64,000 nucleotides of DNA from an uncultured Planctomycetaceae bacterium. Its GTDB lineage: Bacteria; Planctomycetota; Planctomycetia; Planctomycetales; Planctomycetaceae. A model generated the notes under the pieces. The model made no database searches. It was not told where the DNA came from and was given only the letters and a program-made list of their open reading frames with translations. The translations under genes and the position numbers were made by a program. The DNA is taken from NCBI GenBank assembly GCA_963813715.1, contig CAWFAK010000017.1:288001-352000 (forward strand), in the 5' to 3' direction. This document shows positions 1 to 9,819 of this stretch, one piece after another; positions within the stretch are counted from its first letter, which is position 1; each line of letters opens with the position of its first letter.

Positions 1-1072
1 TCAAACTGCCGGCGACGACACGGCCGTGATCCTCTACACCAGCGGCACGACGGGCAAACCGAAAGGCGCCGAGTTGACACACCTGGGCTTGTACTACAAC
101 GCCCAGCTCGTGGCCGAACGCAACTTCGGCCGCTGGCCCGATCGGATTGTCATCCTGCAGCCGGGCGACGTCGGGCTGGCATCGCTCCCGCTGTACCACG
201 CATTCGGCCAAACGAACATCCAAAACGCCCTGCTCTTTGCCGGCGGCGCCGTTTCGTACCAATTGCGGTTCTGTCCGAGAGATGCGGCCGCGCGGATCGC
301 TCGCGACCGCGTCACGTTCTTCGCCGGCGTCCCCACGATGTTCATCGCTTTGCTCAACGATCCGGATGTCTCCCCCGAGCAGCTGGCATCACTCAAGTAT
401 TGCCTTTCGGGTGGCGCCGCCCTGCCCGTCGAAGTGAAGCAACAATTCACCCAGCGTTTCGGCCTGGCCGTACAGGAAGGCTACGGGCTCACCGAGACCT
501 CGCCCTTGGCCTGTATCCAACAAATCGACGAAGCCGCCAAGGCGGGCGCCATCGGCAAACCGGCCTTCGGCGTCGAAATGAAAATTTTCGACGAGCATGA
601 CCGCGAATTGCCCCGCGGCGAGCGCGGCGAAATCGTCATCCGCGGCCACAACATTATGAAAGGCTATTTCAAACGCCCCGAGGCGACGGCGGCGGCCCTC
701 CGCAGTGGCTGGTTTCATTCGGGCGACATCGGCTACGTGGACGAGGACGGCGACTTCGTCATCGTCGATCGCAAAAAGGATCTGATCATCCGCGGCGGCT
801 ACAACGTCTATCCGCGCGAAGTCGAAGAGGCGCTCTACGCGCATCCCGCCGTCGCGGAAGCCGCCGTCATCGGCGTCCCCGACGCGCGGCTGGGCGAAGA
901 GGTCAAGGCGGTCATTGCGTTTCGGCCGGGCATGTCGGCCACGGCCGAGCAAATCGTGCAACATTGCAAAACGTTGGTCGCAGCCTATAAGTATCCGCGA
1001 ATTGTCACAATCTTGGACGCGCTCCCCAAAGGTCCCACCGGCAAGATCCTCAAGCGAGCCCTCCGCGAATAA
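1..1072 (+). CDS. Long-chain fatty acid/acyl-CoA ligase (AMP-binding family), 5'-truncated by the window edge
   Basis: YTSGTTGKPKG AMP-binding loop, EGYGLTET, SGDIG, DRKKDLIIRGGYNVYPREVEE, C-terminal LPKGPTGKILK. Confidence 0.95.
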   Translation, partial: QTAGDDTAVILYTSGTTGKPKGAELTHLGLYYNAQLVAERNFGRWPDRIVILQPGDVGLASLPLYHAFGQTNIQNALLFAGGAVSYQLRFCPRDAAARIARDRVTFFAGVPTMFIALLNDPDVSPEQLASLKYCLSGGAALPVEVKQQFTQRFGLAVQEGYGLTETSPLACIQQIDEAAKAGAIGKPAFGVEMKIFDEHDRELPRGERGEIVIRGHNIMKGYFKRPEATAAALRSGWFHSGDIGYVDEDGDFVIVDRKKDLIIRGGYNVYPREVEEALYAHPAVAEAAVIGVPDARLGEEVKAVIAFRPGMSATAEQIVQHCKTLVAAYKYPRIVTILDALPKGPTGKILKRALRE

Positions 1073-1075
1073 CCG

Positions 1076-1891
1076 TTATCCCGTGGCGCGCGGCATCGCG
1101 TTCGACTCGGCGGCGACCGTCGGTCGTTCGGCGCAGACCGCATCAGGCGCGTAAGTCACGCCGCCCAATTCCGCGAGACGCCGCATCAAGAGGTCGGTGA
1201 CCTCCCGCAGCAGCGTCCGCGTGCGCTTGCAATCGTAGTAAGCCGAAAGATCGATCGGGTCGCCGTAGATCACCGACACGCGGCTGCGGGTGTAAAACGG
1301 GGCGACCATGTCGTCGCCGCCCCTCGGCGAGTCGCGCAGATAGACGGGAAAGACCGGCACTTGCGCATGCAGCGCCAGCCAGGCGATGCCCGTGTCCCCT
1401 TCGCGCAGGGCCGTTCCGTCGTTGATGCCGCCTTCCGGAAAGACGCCGATCAGATCGCCCTGGCGCAGCCGCTCGAGCGCCGCGCGCGCGGGTCCCATGT
1501 CTTTGCCCTCGCGGTTGACGGCGATGCACTGCATGGCGCGGCCGATCCAAGTCAGTCCGGGGATCTCGTAGTACTCGCGAGCCATCAGGAACCCGATCAC
1601 CCGGCACCGGCGGGCTCCCGATTGCTCGCCCAGATGGTTGTTCATCCAGATGAGGAGCGGATCGACGGGGCTGCGATGGTTGGCCAGGACCAAGCCGCCC
1701 CCTTTGGCCGGAAACGGACAGCGCCGGTTGGCCCGCCAGTGGAACATGAACGGCACGTAAAGCCGCTCCAGCCCCCACAGGAACCATGTGCTGGGCTCGA
1801 AGTTCGAGCGGCGAAACCGCCAGACGCCGATCCCGACGCCGATGGCCAGATAAATCAAAAGGACCAGCTTTGCGGAACTGTCCGGCGTCAT
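1076..1891 (-). CDS. PlsC-type lysophospholipid acyltransferase
   Basis: NHRSPVD (NHxSxxD) and FPEG motifs; N-terminal TM helix. Confidence 0.9.
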   Translation of the reverse strand: MTPDSSAKLVLLIYLAIGVGIGVWRFRRSNFEPSTWFLWGLERLYVPFMFHWRANRRCPFPAKGGGLVLANHRSPVDPLLIWMNNHLGEQSGARRCRVIGFLMAREYYEIPGLTWIGRAMQCIAVNREGKDMGPARAALERLRQGDLIGVFPEGGINDGTALREGDTGIAWLALHAQVPVFPVYLRDSPRGGDDMVAPFYTRSRVSVIYGDPIDLSAYYDCKRTRTLLREVTDLLMRRLAELGGVTYAPDAVCAERPTVAAESNAMPRATG

Positions 1892-2186
1892 TTTGCACCG
1901 AAGATTCCGAACGTAATGTCGAATGACAAGAGAAAGGCCCGTGACACTGCCAGTTTAGCGCGGAAGCCACAAATCGGGCAACGGCGTTTTCGCGACCCGC
2001 GCTGCCACTCATCCGGTGCCCTCCGCCCGAGCGAAGCGCACAGCCGGCGCAAATGTCACGCCCGGCGGTGACCCGGGTTCGGCACCTTTGTTGTGCCGCG
2101 GATTTCTTCGCCATGTTGCCGAAACGCATCCTAGGTTTGGGGTAGCCAGAGGTTTTCTGCCCGCTGGACCCCGAAGGAGTGTGGCC

Positions 2187-2696
2187 ATGCAAGTGATGGT
2201 CGAAGACGTCATGACGCGTTGCCCGGTGGCCGTTTCATCGCAAGCCACCATCGACGAAGTCCTCAATACCCTGGTTGCCGAAGGATTGGCGTGCGTCTAT
2301 GTCACGAATCCCGAGAATCGCCTGGCGGGCATCTTGACCGATTACGACGTGCTCAAACACCAGGTTCTGGGCGGCGACCGGAAGGCGACGGCCGAGACCC
2401 TGATGACCCGCAGCGTGCCGACCGTTCATCCCAACGAGAGCGCGGTCGCGCTGTGCCCCAAGTTCCGCGACGGATCGTTCGCCCGGATGGCCGTGGTCGA
2501 TGACGAGGGCCATTTGATCGGCAACTTGAGCCGTCGCGAGCTGATGCGGATGATGCTGGCCATGGAGCAGGTCGAGCCGCAGGACGCCGCACCGTCCGCG
2601 TCGACGTCCGCCGCTTCCGCCCGGAACGACTCGACCCGCCTCGTTCCCGCGCCGCGTGGCGTCCAGCTGGCGCGTAAGTCGCTCGCGACCGTTTAG
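2187..2696 (+). CDS. CBS domain pair protein
   Basis: VEDVMT...AGILTDYDV and ETLMTRSV...VVDDEGHLIGNLSRRE CBS repeats; ATG 2187 preceded by AAGGAG. Confidence 0.85.
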   Translation: MQVMVEDVMTRCPVAVSSQATIDEVLNTLVAEGLACVYVTNPENRLAGILTDYDVLKHQVLGGDRKATAETLMTRSVPTVHPNESAVALCPKFRDGSFARMAVVDDEGHLIGNLSRRELMRMMLAMEQVEPQDAAPSASTSAASARNDSTRLVPAPRGVQLARKSLATV

Positions 2697-2876
2697 AGCG
2701 AACAAACGCTCCGGCGTGCGAGTTTGGCAGCGTCTGACGGGCCCCAAAGCCCGCTGATCGCGCCACCCGAAATCACCGCTATCGAGCGGCCTGCGAGCGT
2801 TTGACGGCGCTTCCCCGCGGGGATACGATCGCGCTCGCTTCGGGAACTCGATTTTCCCCGGAAGGATCGACCGCTC

Positions 2877-4479
2877 ATGGCTTCCCCCTCGCCCGCGTCG
2901 ACTCGCAAGCGGGCCCTGATCAGCGTCAGCGATAAAACGGGCCTGGCCGCGTTCGCCCAGGGGCTCGTGCAGCTCGGTTTCGAGATCGTGTCGACCGGCG
3001 GCACGCGGCGTTTCCTCGAAGAAAATCGCATCCCCGTCGTCGACATTTCGGCCTACACGGGCTTTCCGGAAATCATGGAGGGGCGGGTCAAAACGCTGCA
3101 TCCCAAGGTCCACGGCGCGATCCTCGGACGTCCAACCGAACCCGGCGACGCGGCAGCGATTCGCGAGCACGGCATCATTCCCTTCCAGGTCGTCGTCTGT
3201 AACCTCTATCCGTTCGAGAAAACGGTCGCCCAGAGCGAACGTCACGTTCGACGAGGCCATCGAGCAGATCGACGTCGGCGGGCCGAGCATGGTCCGGGCT
3301 GCGGCGAAGAACCATGCCCACGTGGCGGTTGTCACCGATCCGCGGCAATACTCGCGCGTGCTCGAGGCGTTGCGCGGCGGCAGCCTGTCGTCCGAGTTGC
3401 GACGCGAGCTGGCTTGGACGGCCTTCGAACGAACCGCCGCCTACGATCGGGCAATCGCCAACTGGATGAGCACGCAGGTCACCGGGGGCGAATCCAACGC
3501 CAAATTCCCCGAACGACTGACGGTGGAGCTCGTCCGCAATGCTGTGTTGCGCTACGGCGAAAATCCACACCAAACGGCTGCTTTTTACCGCGCCTCCGAC
3601 GCCGGGCCGTCCACGCTGGCACGGGCCGAGATCCTGCACGGCAAGGAACTCTCGTACAACAACCTGCTCGACCTCGACGCGGCCCTCGCCATCGTCCGCG
3701 AGTTCGACCAACCGGCCGTCGTGATCATCAAGCACAACAATCCGTGCGGCTGCGGAGTCGGCGATACGCTGGCCGCCGCCTTCACCAAGGCGTACGAAGG
3801 CGATCCGGTGAGCGCCTTTGGGTCGATCGTGGGGGTCAATCGCCCGCTCGATTTGGCCACGGTCGAGCAGATGTGCGAGCCGGACCGCTTCGTCGAGGCC
3901 GTCATCGCTCCCGACTACGAAGCCGACGCCTACAAAGCACTGACGACGCAGCCCAAGTGGGCCAAGAGCGTGCGTCTGCTCAAATGCCCCGCGCTGGGCG
4001 AATCGCGGGCCGCCACGCTCGAGGTCCGCTCGATCTCCGGCGGGGCGCTCGTGCAGGACCGCGACGAAACCGATCGCACAGGCCGCGGCGAAACGGAGTG
4101 GAACGTCGCCACGCAGATTGCACCGTCGGCCGAGCAATTGGCCGATCTCAAGTTCGCCTGGATCGTCGCCAAACATGTCAAATCGAACGCGATCGTGCTG
4201 GCCCGCGACGGAGCAGTCGTCGGCGTCGGCGCCGGACAAATGAGCCGGGTCGATTCCGTCCGCCTGGCGGCTGAAAAGGCGGAAAAGCGCAGCCGCGGCG
4301 CGGTCATGGCGTCCGATGCCTTTTTCCCTTTCCGTGACGGCATCGACGTCGCTGCCCGCTTCGGCATTGCGGCCGTGATTCAGCCCGGCGGCTCGCGTAA
4401 CGACGCCCAAGTCATTGCTGCCTGCACCGAGCACGGCATGCCGATGATCTTCACTGGTCGCCGGCACTTTCGGCACTAA
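2877..4479 (+). CDS. purH: Bifunctional AICAR transformylase/IMP cyclohydrolase (frameshift near 3240, probably sequencing error)
   Basis: [28 protein letters not shown] in first frame; [56 protein letters not shown] in second frame. Confidence 0.97.
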
Positions 4480-4841
4480 CATCCTTCGCGGCACGCTCCG
4501 CGTCGGCTTGTCCTTGATGAAAGCAGGTCGCCCTTTCGGTGCGCAAAATGCCCGTGCAGCGGCCGGCGTGGCTCGCATCCGACTCCCGCCCCCGCCCCTC
4601 TCGGACCAGTCGCTCTCGATTTTCCGGCCGTGCTGATGCGTCCGGTTTTGAAGGTTTTCCCGTTGGCGCCTCGCCGAACTGCCGCCTCGAGATTTTCTGG
4701 GTGCCGACGGGTCCATTCGGGGAAACCCTGCGCTTGAGGCAAAATGGCGAGCTATTGTCTGAGTGTGACTTCAACCCGATCGACCCGCAGCAACGACCAC
4801 GCCCGTTTTGGCCTTTAACCGCCCTTTCGGACCCTCCGCCG

Positions 4842-5225
4842 ATGCTTGCAACCCAATCTCAGCCGACCTTTGTCGATTTCCTGACGAATCGCCTGGCACT
4901 TGCCGAGCATGACCTGCCGGTCCCCGGTGAGTGGGCCGACGCCGGCAACACCATCGGCATGCTCGCCCTGCGGATGAACCTGCTCTCCGTCGAGCAGATC
5001 GACCACATCCTCGAAATGCAGGAGCGGGAAGGAAACATCCGACGGTTCGGCGAACTGGCCGAGTCGCTCGGACTCCTGAGCCATTCGCAGGTCGCCCGGC
5101 TCCTGGCCGTGCAAACGCTCAACCGCGAGCTGGAATTGGGCGAGCGGCTGGTGATGGAAGGCCGCCTGGAAATCGGCGACCTGGTCAAGCACTTGAGCCA
5201 ATTCATTAACGGCAAGAACGCCTAA
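4842..5225 (+). CDS. Small protein made of MshEN/GspE-N-like 24-residue repeats
   Basis: RFGELAESLGLLSHSQVARLLAVQ fits RLGxxLxxxGLxxxxxLxxxLxxQ; two further degenerate copies flank it; start uncertain. Confidence 0.6.
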   Translation: MLATQSQPTFVDFLTNRLALAEHDLPVPGEWADAGNTIGMLALRMNLLSVEQIDHILEMQEREGNIRRFGELAESLGLLSHSQVARLLAVQTLNRELELGERLVMEGRLEIGDLVKHLSQFINGKNA

Positions 5226-5271
5226 GCTGCCGTTCGATTCGAAAATTATCGCGGCCGCGCGAAGCCTGGCT

Positions 5272-6126
5272 TCACGCGGCTTTCGCGTTTGAGGACCGGT
5301 CGAGGCGATCGTCGCTCGCCAGGTCCTGGATCCACTCGCTGCACAAGAGCCGCGCGACTTTGTGCTCGGTCTGCTTCTGCTTCCGAGCGTGCCGCAGCCG
5401 TTTCTCTGGCGCGATGGCCGCCGTCCCGTGGGCGACGTGGAACACGCTCTGCGCCATCTCCCTCACGGAAAAGACGGGCGTTTGATAGCCGGCATCCCAG
5501 AGCTGCCGAGAGATGGAATAGCCGCCGCCCGTGTAGCCGTTAATGCCGCGAAACGTCAGCCCGTGTTCGCGAACGACGCGGCTGCGATACATCGCGCAGT
5601 AATCGCGAGGATAGTTTTGGACCTGCCACTTCACCGCCTTGCCCAGCCCGACCCACGACCGGGCTTTCGCCCCCGCGAACCCCACGACCCGCTTTTGCCA
5701 GGCGTAGAACGGATTCTCCAGATCGAGCTTCCACGAGCCGCTCGCCGCGTTGCTGCGGGCTGCGATCGATTTCCCGCAATCAGCGGGTCGAGCCAGCCGT
5801 CTCGCCGCACGAACACGTCCGAGTGCATCGTGACGTAGTACTCGCCCGTCGCTTCCGACCAGGCCGCGGTCCCACGCCGTGAAAACGTTTTCGGGCCAGT
5901 TCGTGTGCACTTCCTGCGGCCGCTCGATCAGACGAATCCAGTCGAGCGAACGCAGATAGCCGAGGCTGGCGTCCCGCGAGCCGTTGTCGACGACGATCAC
6001 TTCGAGCGCGTACTTCTGCGAGTGCCGGCGGATCGAGCGGAGGCACAGCTTGATGAACAGCTCGGCCTGCCAGTGCGGAATGCAGATCGTCACGGTCGGA
6101 GCAGACGCGGAGCGACCGGAAGTCAT
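5272..6126 (-). CDS. Glycosyltransferase family 2 (internal compensating frameshifts near 5760-5860)
   Basis: VTICIPHW, EVIVVDNGSRDAS; MHSDVFV (DxD-like) segment lies in an alternative frame; start overlaps the upstream stop (ATGA). Confidence 0.8.
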   Translation of the reverse strand: MTSGRSASAPTVTICIPHWQAELFIKLCLRSIRRHSQKYALEVIVVDNGSRDASLGYLRSLDWIRLIERPQEVHTNWPENVFTAWDRGLVGSDGRVLRHDALGRVRAARRLARPADCGKSIAARSNAASGSWKLDLENPFYAWQKRVVGFAGAKARSWVGLGKAVKWQVQNYPRDYCAMYRSRVVREHGLTFRGINGYTGGGYSISRQLWDAGYQTPVFSVREMAQSVFHVAHGTAAIAPEKRLRHARKQKQTEHKVARLLCSEWIQDLASDDRLDRSSNAKAA

Positions 6127-6716
6127 CGGAGGATTTCCAGGGGACGAGCGGCCAGCTTGTCGTGATGCTCGTCGGAGAATTTCTGCAGGTTCTTGCCGAA
6201 GGCGTGCACGTGCACGTTGTCTTTCGTATGGCCGAACCAAGGCTGCGTGTTGAGCGAATCCTCGGCCGTCTTGTGCCGGTAAATCACGTCGTACGCGGTC
6301 AGCAGCATCGCCGTGCGGGTGACGCCGTGCTGGCAGTGCACCAGCATCGGATAGTTGTTCGGATCGGCCAGAATGTCGAGGTGCTGCTGCCACGCCTGCG
6401 GATCGAAATCAACCGAGTTCGGCAGCGGCACCGCGTGCAAGATCGCCCCGGCCGAGGCCACGGCCTTTCGCTCACCTTCCCACAACTCGGGCGTCATCTC
6501 GTCCGGATTACACAGATTCACGACGGAGCGAATCTGGTACGTCTCGATGAGCTGGCCCAACGCGTCTGGGCCGAGAAACGCCGAGCGATAAACCATCCCC
6601 GGATCGTGGACGGCGAAGTGCTTGAAGCGATGCGTCTGGTGATAAATCCAACCGCCCGAAGCGGCGGCCGCGGCGATCACCACCACCACGAACGCGATCT
6701 GTCGACTGCGAGTCAT
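6123..6716 (-). CDS. Tyrosine/dual-specificity phosphatase family protein with N-terminal membrane anchor
   Basis: VHCQHGVTRT (HCxxGxxR) P-loop; VYRSA and IRSVVNL motifs. Confidence 0.9.
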   Translation of the reverse strand: MTRSRQIAFVVVVIAAAAASGGWIYHQTHRFKHFAVHDPGMVYRSAFLGPDALGQLIETYQIRSVVNLCNPDEMTPELWEGERKAVASAGAILHAVPLPNSVDFDPQAWQQHLDILADPNNYPMLVHCQHGVTRTAMLLTAYDVIYRHKTAEDSLNTQPWFGHTKDNVHVHAFGKNLQKFSDEHHDKLAARPLEILR

Positions 6717-7039
6717 TCGCCAAGTCCCAGTTGCACTGTTCCGCTGAGCAAGCGCCTCAGGCGCCCCGGAAGGCGGCGAAATCTAGTGCAACCAGTCAAT
6801 CCGGTCAACGGCAGGCAGGGGCACGCCCCTGCACCCGGTGCGGCCTGCGCTTCGCGGGCCGCGGTTGGCCGGGGACCGATTGAATGCCGGGCTCGCTTGG
6901 CGTTTGGCAGTCTAACAAGGGGGTGGTGGGAGCTTGTCCGCCAAGTGGGGCCTGGCGGATTCGACTTGACGGAGCCTCGGGGTCGATTGGCCGATGTGTC
7001 CCGATTTGAATCAATCCCGTCCCGTCAATCCGGTCCCGC

Positions 7040-7150
7040 TTTCAATTCAATCCCGTCCCAATTCAGCTTTCTCTGTAACTCCTGATTGAAGTTGGCTTTC
7101 GAGATTGGCCCGACTTTCGAGTCCCAGTCCGGCGTTCAGTCCCGTCCCCA
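7040..7150. repeat. Approx. 110-bp direct repeat, copy 1 (GTCCC-rich; motif-rich zone spans about 6998-7230)
   Basis: tttcaattcaatcccgtcccaattcagct.tctc.gtaactcctga...tttcgagtccca...agtcccgtccc is repeated at 7582-7691. Confidence 0.85.
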
Positions 7151-7284
7151 TCTTTCAGTCCGAGTCCCAATGTTCGTGTCCCAGTCCCCGACGTTGGAGT
7201 CCCGTCCCGATTTCGATTCAATCCGGTCCCATTCGCCGCGGCCCTCTTTGGTCGAGGCCGGGAATTGGCAGGTAAGGTTCGGCA

Positions 7285-7530
7285 TCAGTCGGTCATCCGA
7301 TGCCAGAGCGCGAGATACCAGCCCACGAACGCATTAGTCTTTGTTGACCTGTCGCAGAAAAAACGAAGTGGGCTGTACGTCACTCGCAGTGCCGCTTGGA
7401 GCCGCGGGTAGTCACCGCATCGCCGATAAATGCAATCCAACGGACCGACCGCGAGCGGATACATCGCAATCACGAGCGCGAGTCCCAACCCAAACCACGC
7501 CCGCGACCGTTTGCTCGGCTCATCGCTCAT
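7285..7530 (-). CDS. Small hypothetical membrane protein (81 aa)
   Basis: MSDEPSKRSRAW, a hydrophobic helix with YPLAVGP, then YSPL...WYLALW; lies between the two repeat copies. Confidence 0.6.
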   Translation of the reverse strand: MSDEPSKRSRAWFGLGLALVIAMYPLAVGPLDCIYRRCGDYPRLQAALRVTYSPLRFFCDRSTKTNAFVGWYLALWHRMTD

Positions 7531-7581
7531 GCCGACATCCCAGCGGGGACAATTTCCAACTCGAGCCGCCCGAGTCCCAAT

Positions 7582-7691
7582 TTTCAATTCAATCCCGTCC
7601 CAATTCAGCTATCTCCGTAACTCCTGAGCGAACGCGGCATTGGAGTGTTCCCGAGTTTCGAGTCCCAATACTGCATTCGAGTCCCGTCCCA
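7582..7691. repeat. Approx. 110-bp direct repeat, copy 2
   Basis: Aligns with 7040-7150; the first 46 nt differ at 2 positions. Confidence 0.85.
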
Positions 7692-8065
7692 CTATTAGCG
7701 TCCCGTTGGTGAAGTCCCGTCCCAATCTCGGACGCTCAACCGGCCATTCTGTTCGCCGTCAGGGTTGGACAGAGTCTGGACAGCACGAGCTGGACGGACG
7801 CCGAATTCTCCGCACACGGCACTCGGAGCGACTTCCGAGTGCGCACCAAGATCCATTGTGCACGAACCGGCTTTGCCAGCCAGATCAGTTTTCCAACCGC
7901 GTAGAAACAACTTCCGAAAGTCCAACCGTGGTCGTGGGGAACGTCTTGGTCTCCCCAATTCGGTAATGTCTGTCGAAAATCCAAGTGATATGCCGCCTCG
8001 GCCGGCGCCTGTTGGTTGGCAATCACCACGAAACAGGAGTCAGCCGATGGCCATGATGATCGCGG

Positions 8066-8347
8066 TTGAGCGCCACGAGAGTGTCCGATTCCGAGGTTCC
8101 CTCGACGACCCCCGCCCCGAGTACCTGGCACATGATTGGCGGAACTTTGTTGGGCGGCGTGGGGGTCGGTTCGGTGGCCGTCATCGATGCTTTGCTGCTG
8201 GACCTGGCCCGCAGTCCGGCTCGGTTCTCGATCGTCGCGGAGCTGCGGCGCTCCGTTGCGTCGCCCGTCCTGGCGTACTTCGTGGTGATCGGCTCGTTAC
8301 TGGGCTCGCTTTTCGGCTTAGCTTATCGGCAGTCTGTCGAGTCTTAG
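8066..8347 (+). CDS. Small hypothetical membrane protein (2 TM)
   Basis: Two hydrophobic segments (HMIGGTLLGGVGVGSVAVIDALLL; VLAYFVVIGSLLGSLFGLAY). Confidence 0.45.
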   Translation: MSATRVSDSEVPSTTPAPSTWHMIGGTLLGGVGVGSVAVIDALLLDLARSPARFSIVAELRRSVASPVLAYFVVIGSLLGSLFGLAYRQSVES

Positions 8348-8369
8348 CGTGACGGCTAGCGTCGGGTTT

Positions 8370-8469
8370 CCGTAGGGCAAGCTGCCAGCTTGCCCGCCGA
8401 GCACGACTCCCGCGATGCCACGGCCCATTGAAAGCAAAGTTATGGACAAGCTGGCAGCTTGTCCTACGG
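8370..8469. repeat. GTAG-type REP doublet (REPIN)
   Basis: GTAGGGCAAGCTGCCAGCTTGCCC ... GGACAAGCTGGCAGCTTGTCCTAC inverted pair; each arm is itself palindromic. Confidence 0.9.
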
Positions 8470-9466
8470 CCTCGCGAACTCGTTGGTTGATTCATTCCCG
8501 GCAAGCGGCGGGTGCGAGGCAGCCGAATCTTCGCCTTTCTCGCCGGCGTCAAGCGGCTCGAGCGACTTCTGCCAAAAGCCAGCCTCTGCCTTCAGGTCGT
8601 GCTCTTTGGCGAATTCGACAAGTGACTTGTAGCGCTTGATCGGGTCGGCGTGGCACGCCCACCAGACCTTTTGCACGCACTCGGGGCACAGCCACATCGG
8701 CACAGGTCCGCTTCGTCCAATGAGTTCGATCCGTTCATCGTGCACTCGTAGGCGGTGCAGTGCTGGATGCCCAGCATGTGCCCCGTCTCGTGGACGGCGA
8801 CGAGAAAAGTGCGACGGTAAACCAGCCCGCTCATTTGCGGATTTTCCAGATTGCCGTAGCGGGCGATTGACCAGACGCCGACGCGGTCCGAGAGACTCGC
8901 TTGGCCGAAAACGAAATTCCAGCCCTCGCCGGGCCACAGGTCGGACGTCGTCAATCCGAGCACCGCCACGGCATCCTTTGGCCGTCGCGGTTTGAGCACC
9001 TGGTCGAGCACGTAGCTTGTGAGAATCTGTTCGCGAATGCCTTCGATGCGACGCGCTTTTGGCGGAATGACGTCGAGGCTGCAGCGGCGCAGAACCTTGG
9101 TGCGCAGTTGTAGTAGCGCCGGCAGGTCGGCCGTGGCTTTCGTCAATCGGCACGGTTCCGCCGGCGTGAATTCGCCGATCGGTTGCACGTAGATCGTCGT
9201 ACGACGCTGCGTGGGGCGGTTCGGATTCGATCGCCGATATTCGTCGGCCGTCTGTCCGTTCTCATGATGATTCGCCAGCCAATCCTGCGGGCCTGGTGCG
9301 GTCTTGGTCCGATGCAGCGGGACCAGTTTTTCCGCGGCGATCCGAATGCGTTCGGCATCTGCTCGAACATTGCCGCGGCGTCGGTCGAGAGTCCGTGGCC
9401 GCTGATCAGCCCGAGGCAACAGGCTCCCGCCCAGAAGCAGACCCGTCTGCGCATGATCGTCGTCAT
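8464..9466 (-). CDS. Archaemetzincin-like zinc metallopeptidase (M54), secreted; several frameshifts
   Basis: HETGHMLGIQHCTAYECTMNGSNSLDEAD then LCPECVQK; DLWPGEGWNFVFGQASL; signal-like N-terminus in another frame. Confidence 0.85.
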
Positions 9467-9536
9467 GGGGTTGCCCTGCCCTTGCCTCAAGCCTCACTTG
9501 ATCGCGATCCGTCCTTTGAATGCTACGCGAAACCCC

Positions 9537-9633
9537 GTAGGCAAGCTGCCAGCTTGCCCCCTGATCTCCAGTTCCCTAGTCCAAAGGTATCTGAAACCCG
9601 AGACGGGAGGGGCAAGCTGGCAGTTTGCCCTAC
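9537..9633. repeat. GTAG-type REP doublet (REPIN), same family as 8370-8469
   Basis: GTAGGCAAGCTGCCAGCTTGCCCC ... GGGGCAAGCTGGCAGTTTGCCCTAC. Confidence 0.9.
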
Positions 9634-9819
9634 AGGCGGACACCGAACCCGCAAGGACCCTGGTAAGACTTCCGCGCACCGGCGCGGGGGTTTGAAGCAA
9701 AGCCGGGTCGCCCACTGTCGCGTTTTATCGGCCCCTCTTTTGGATACTCCGAGACACCTGATTTGTTCACGCCTTTTTTCCCCGAAAGCATCGCGCATGA
9801 CGGTTTTTGTGCACTCAGC

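Noticed and set aside
2877..4479. purH, birA and others as pseudogenes or programmed frameshift sites
   Set aside because: Both halves keep intact conserved motifs, and the same pattern affects many unrelated genes, favouring sequencing error.
7736..8131. 131-aa minus-strand ORF next to repeat copy 2
   Set aside because: No recognisable motif or clear start, and it overlaps the 8066-8347 ORF; it may be a gene fragment but cannot be supported.
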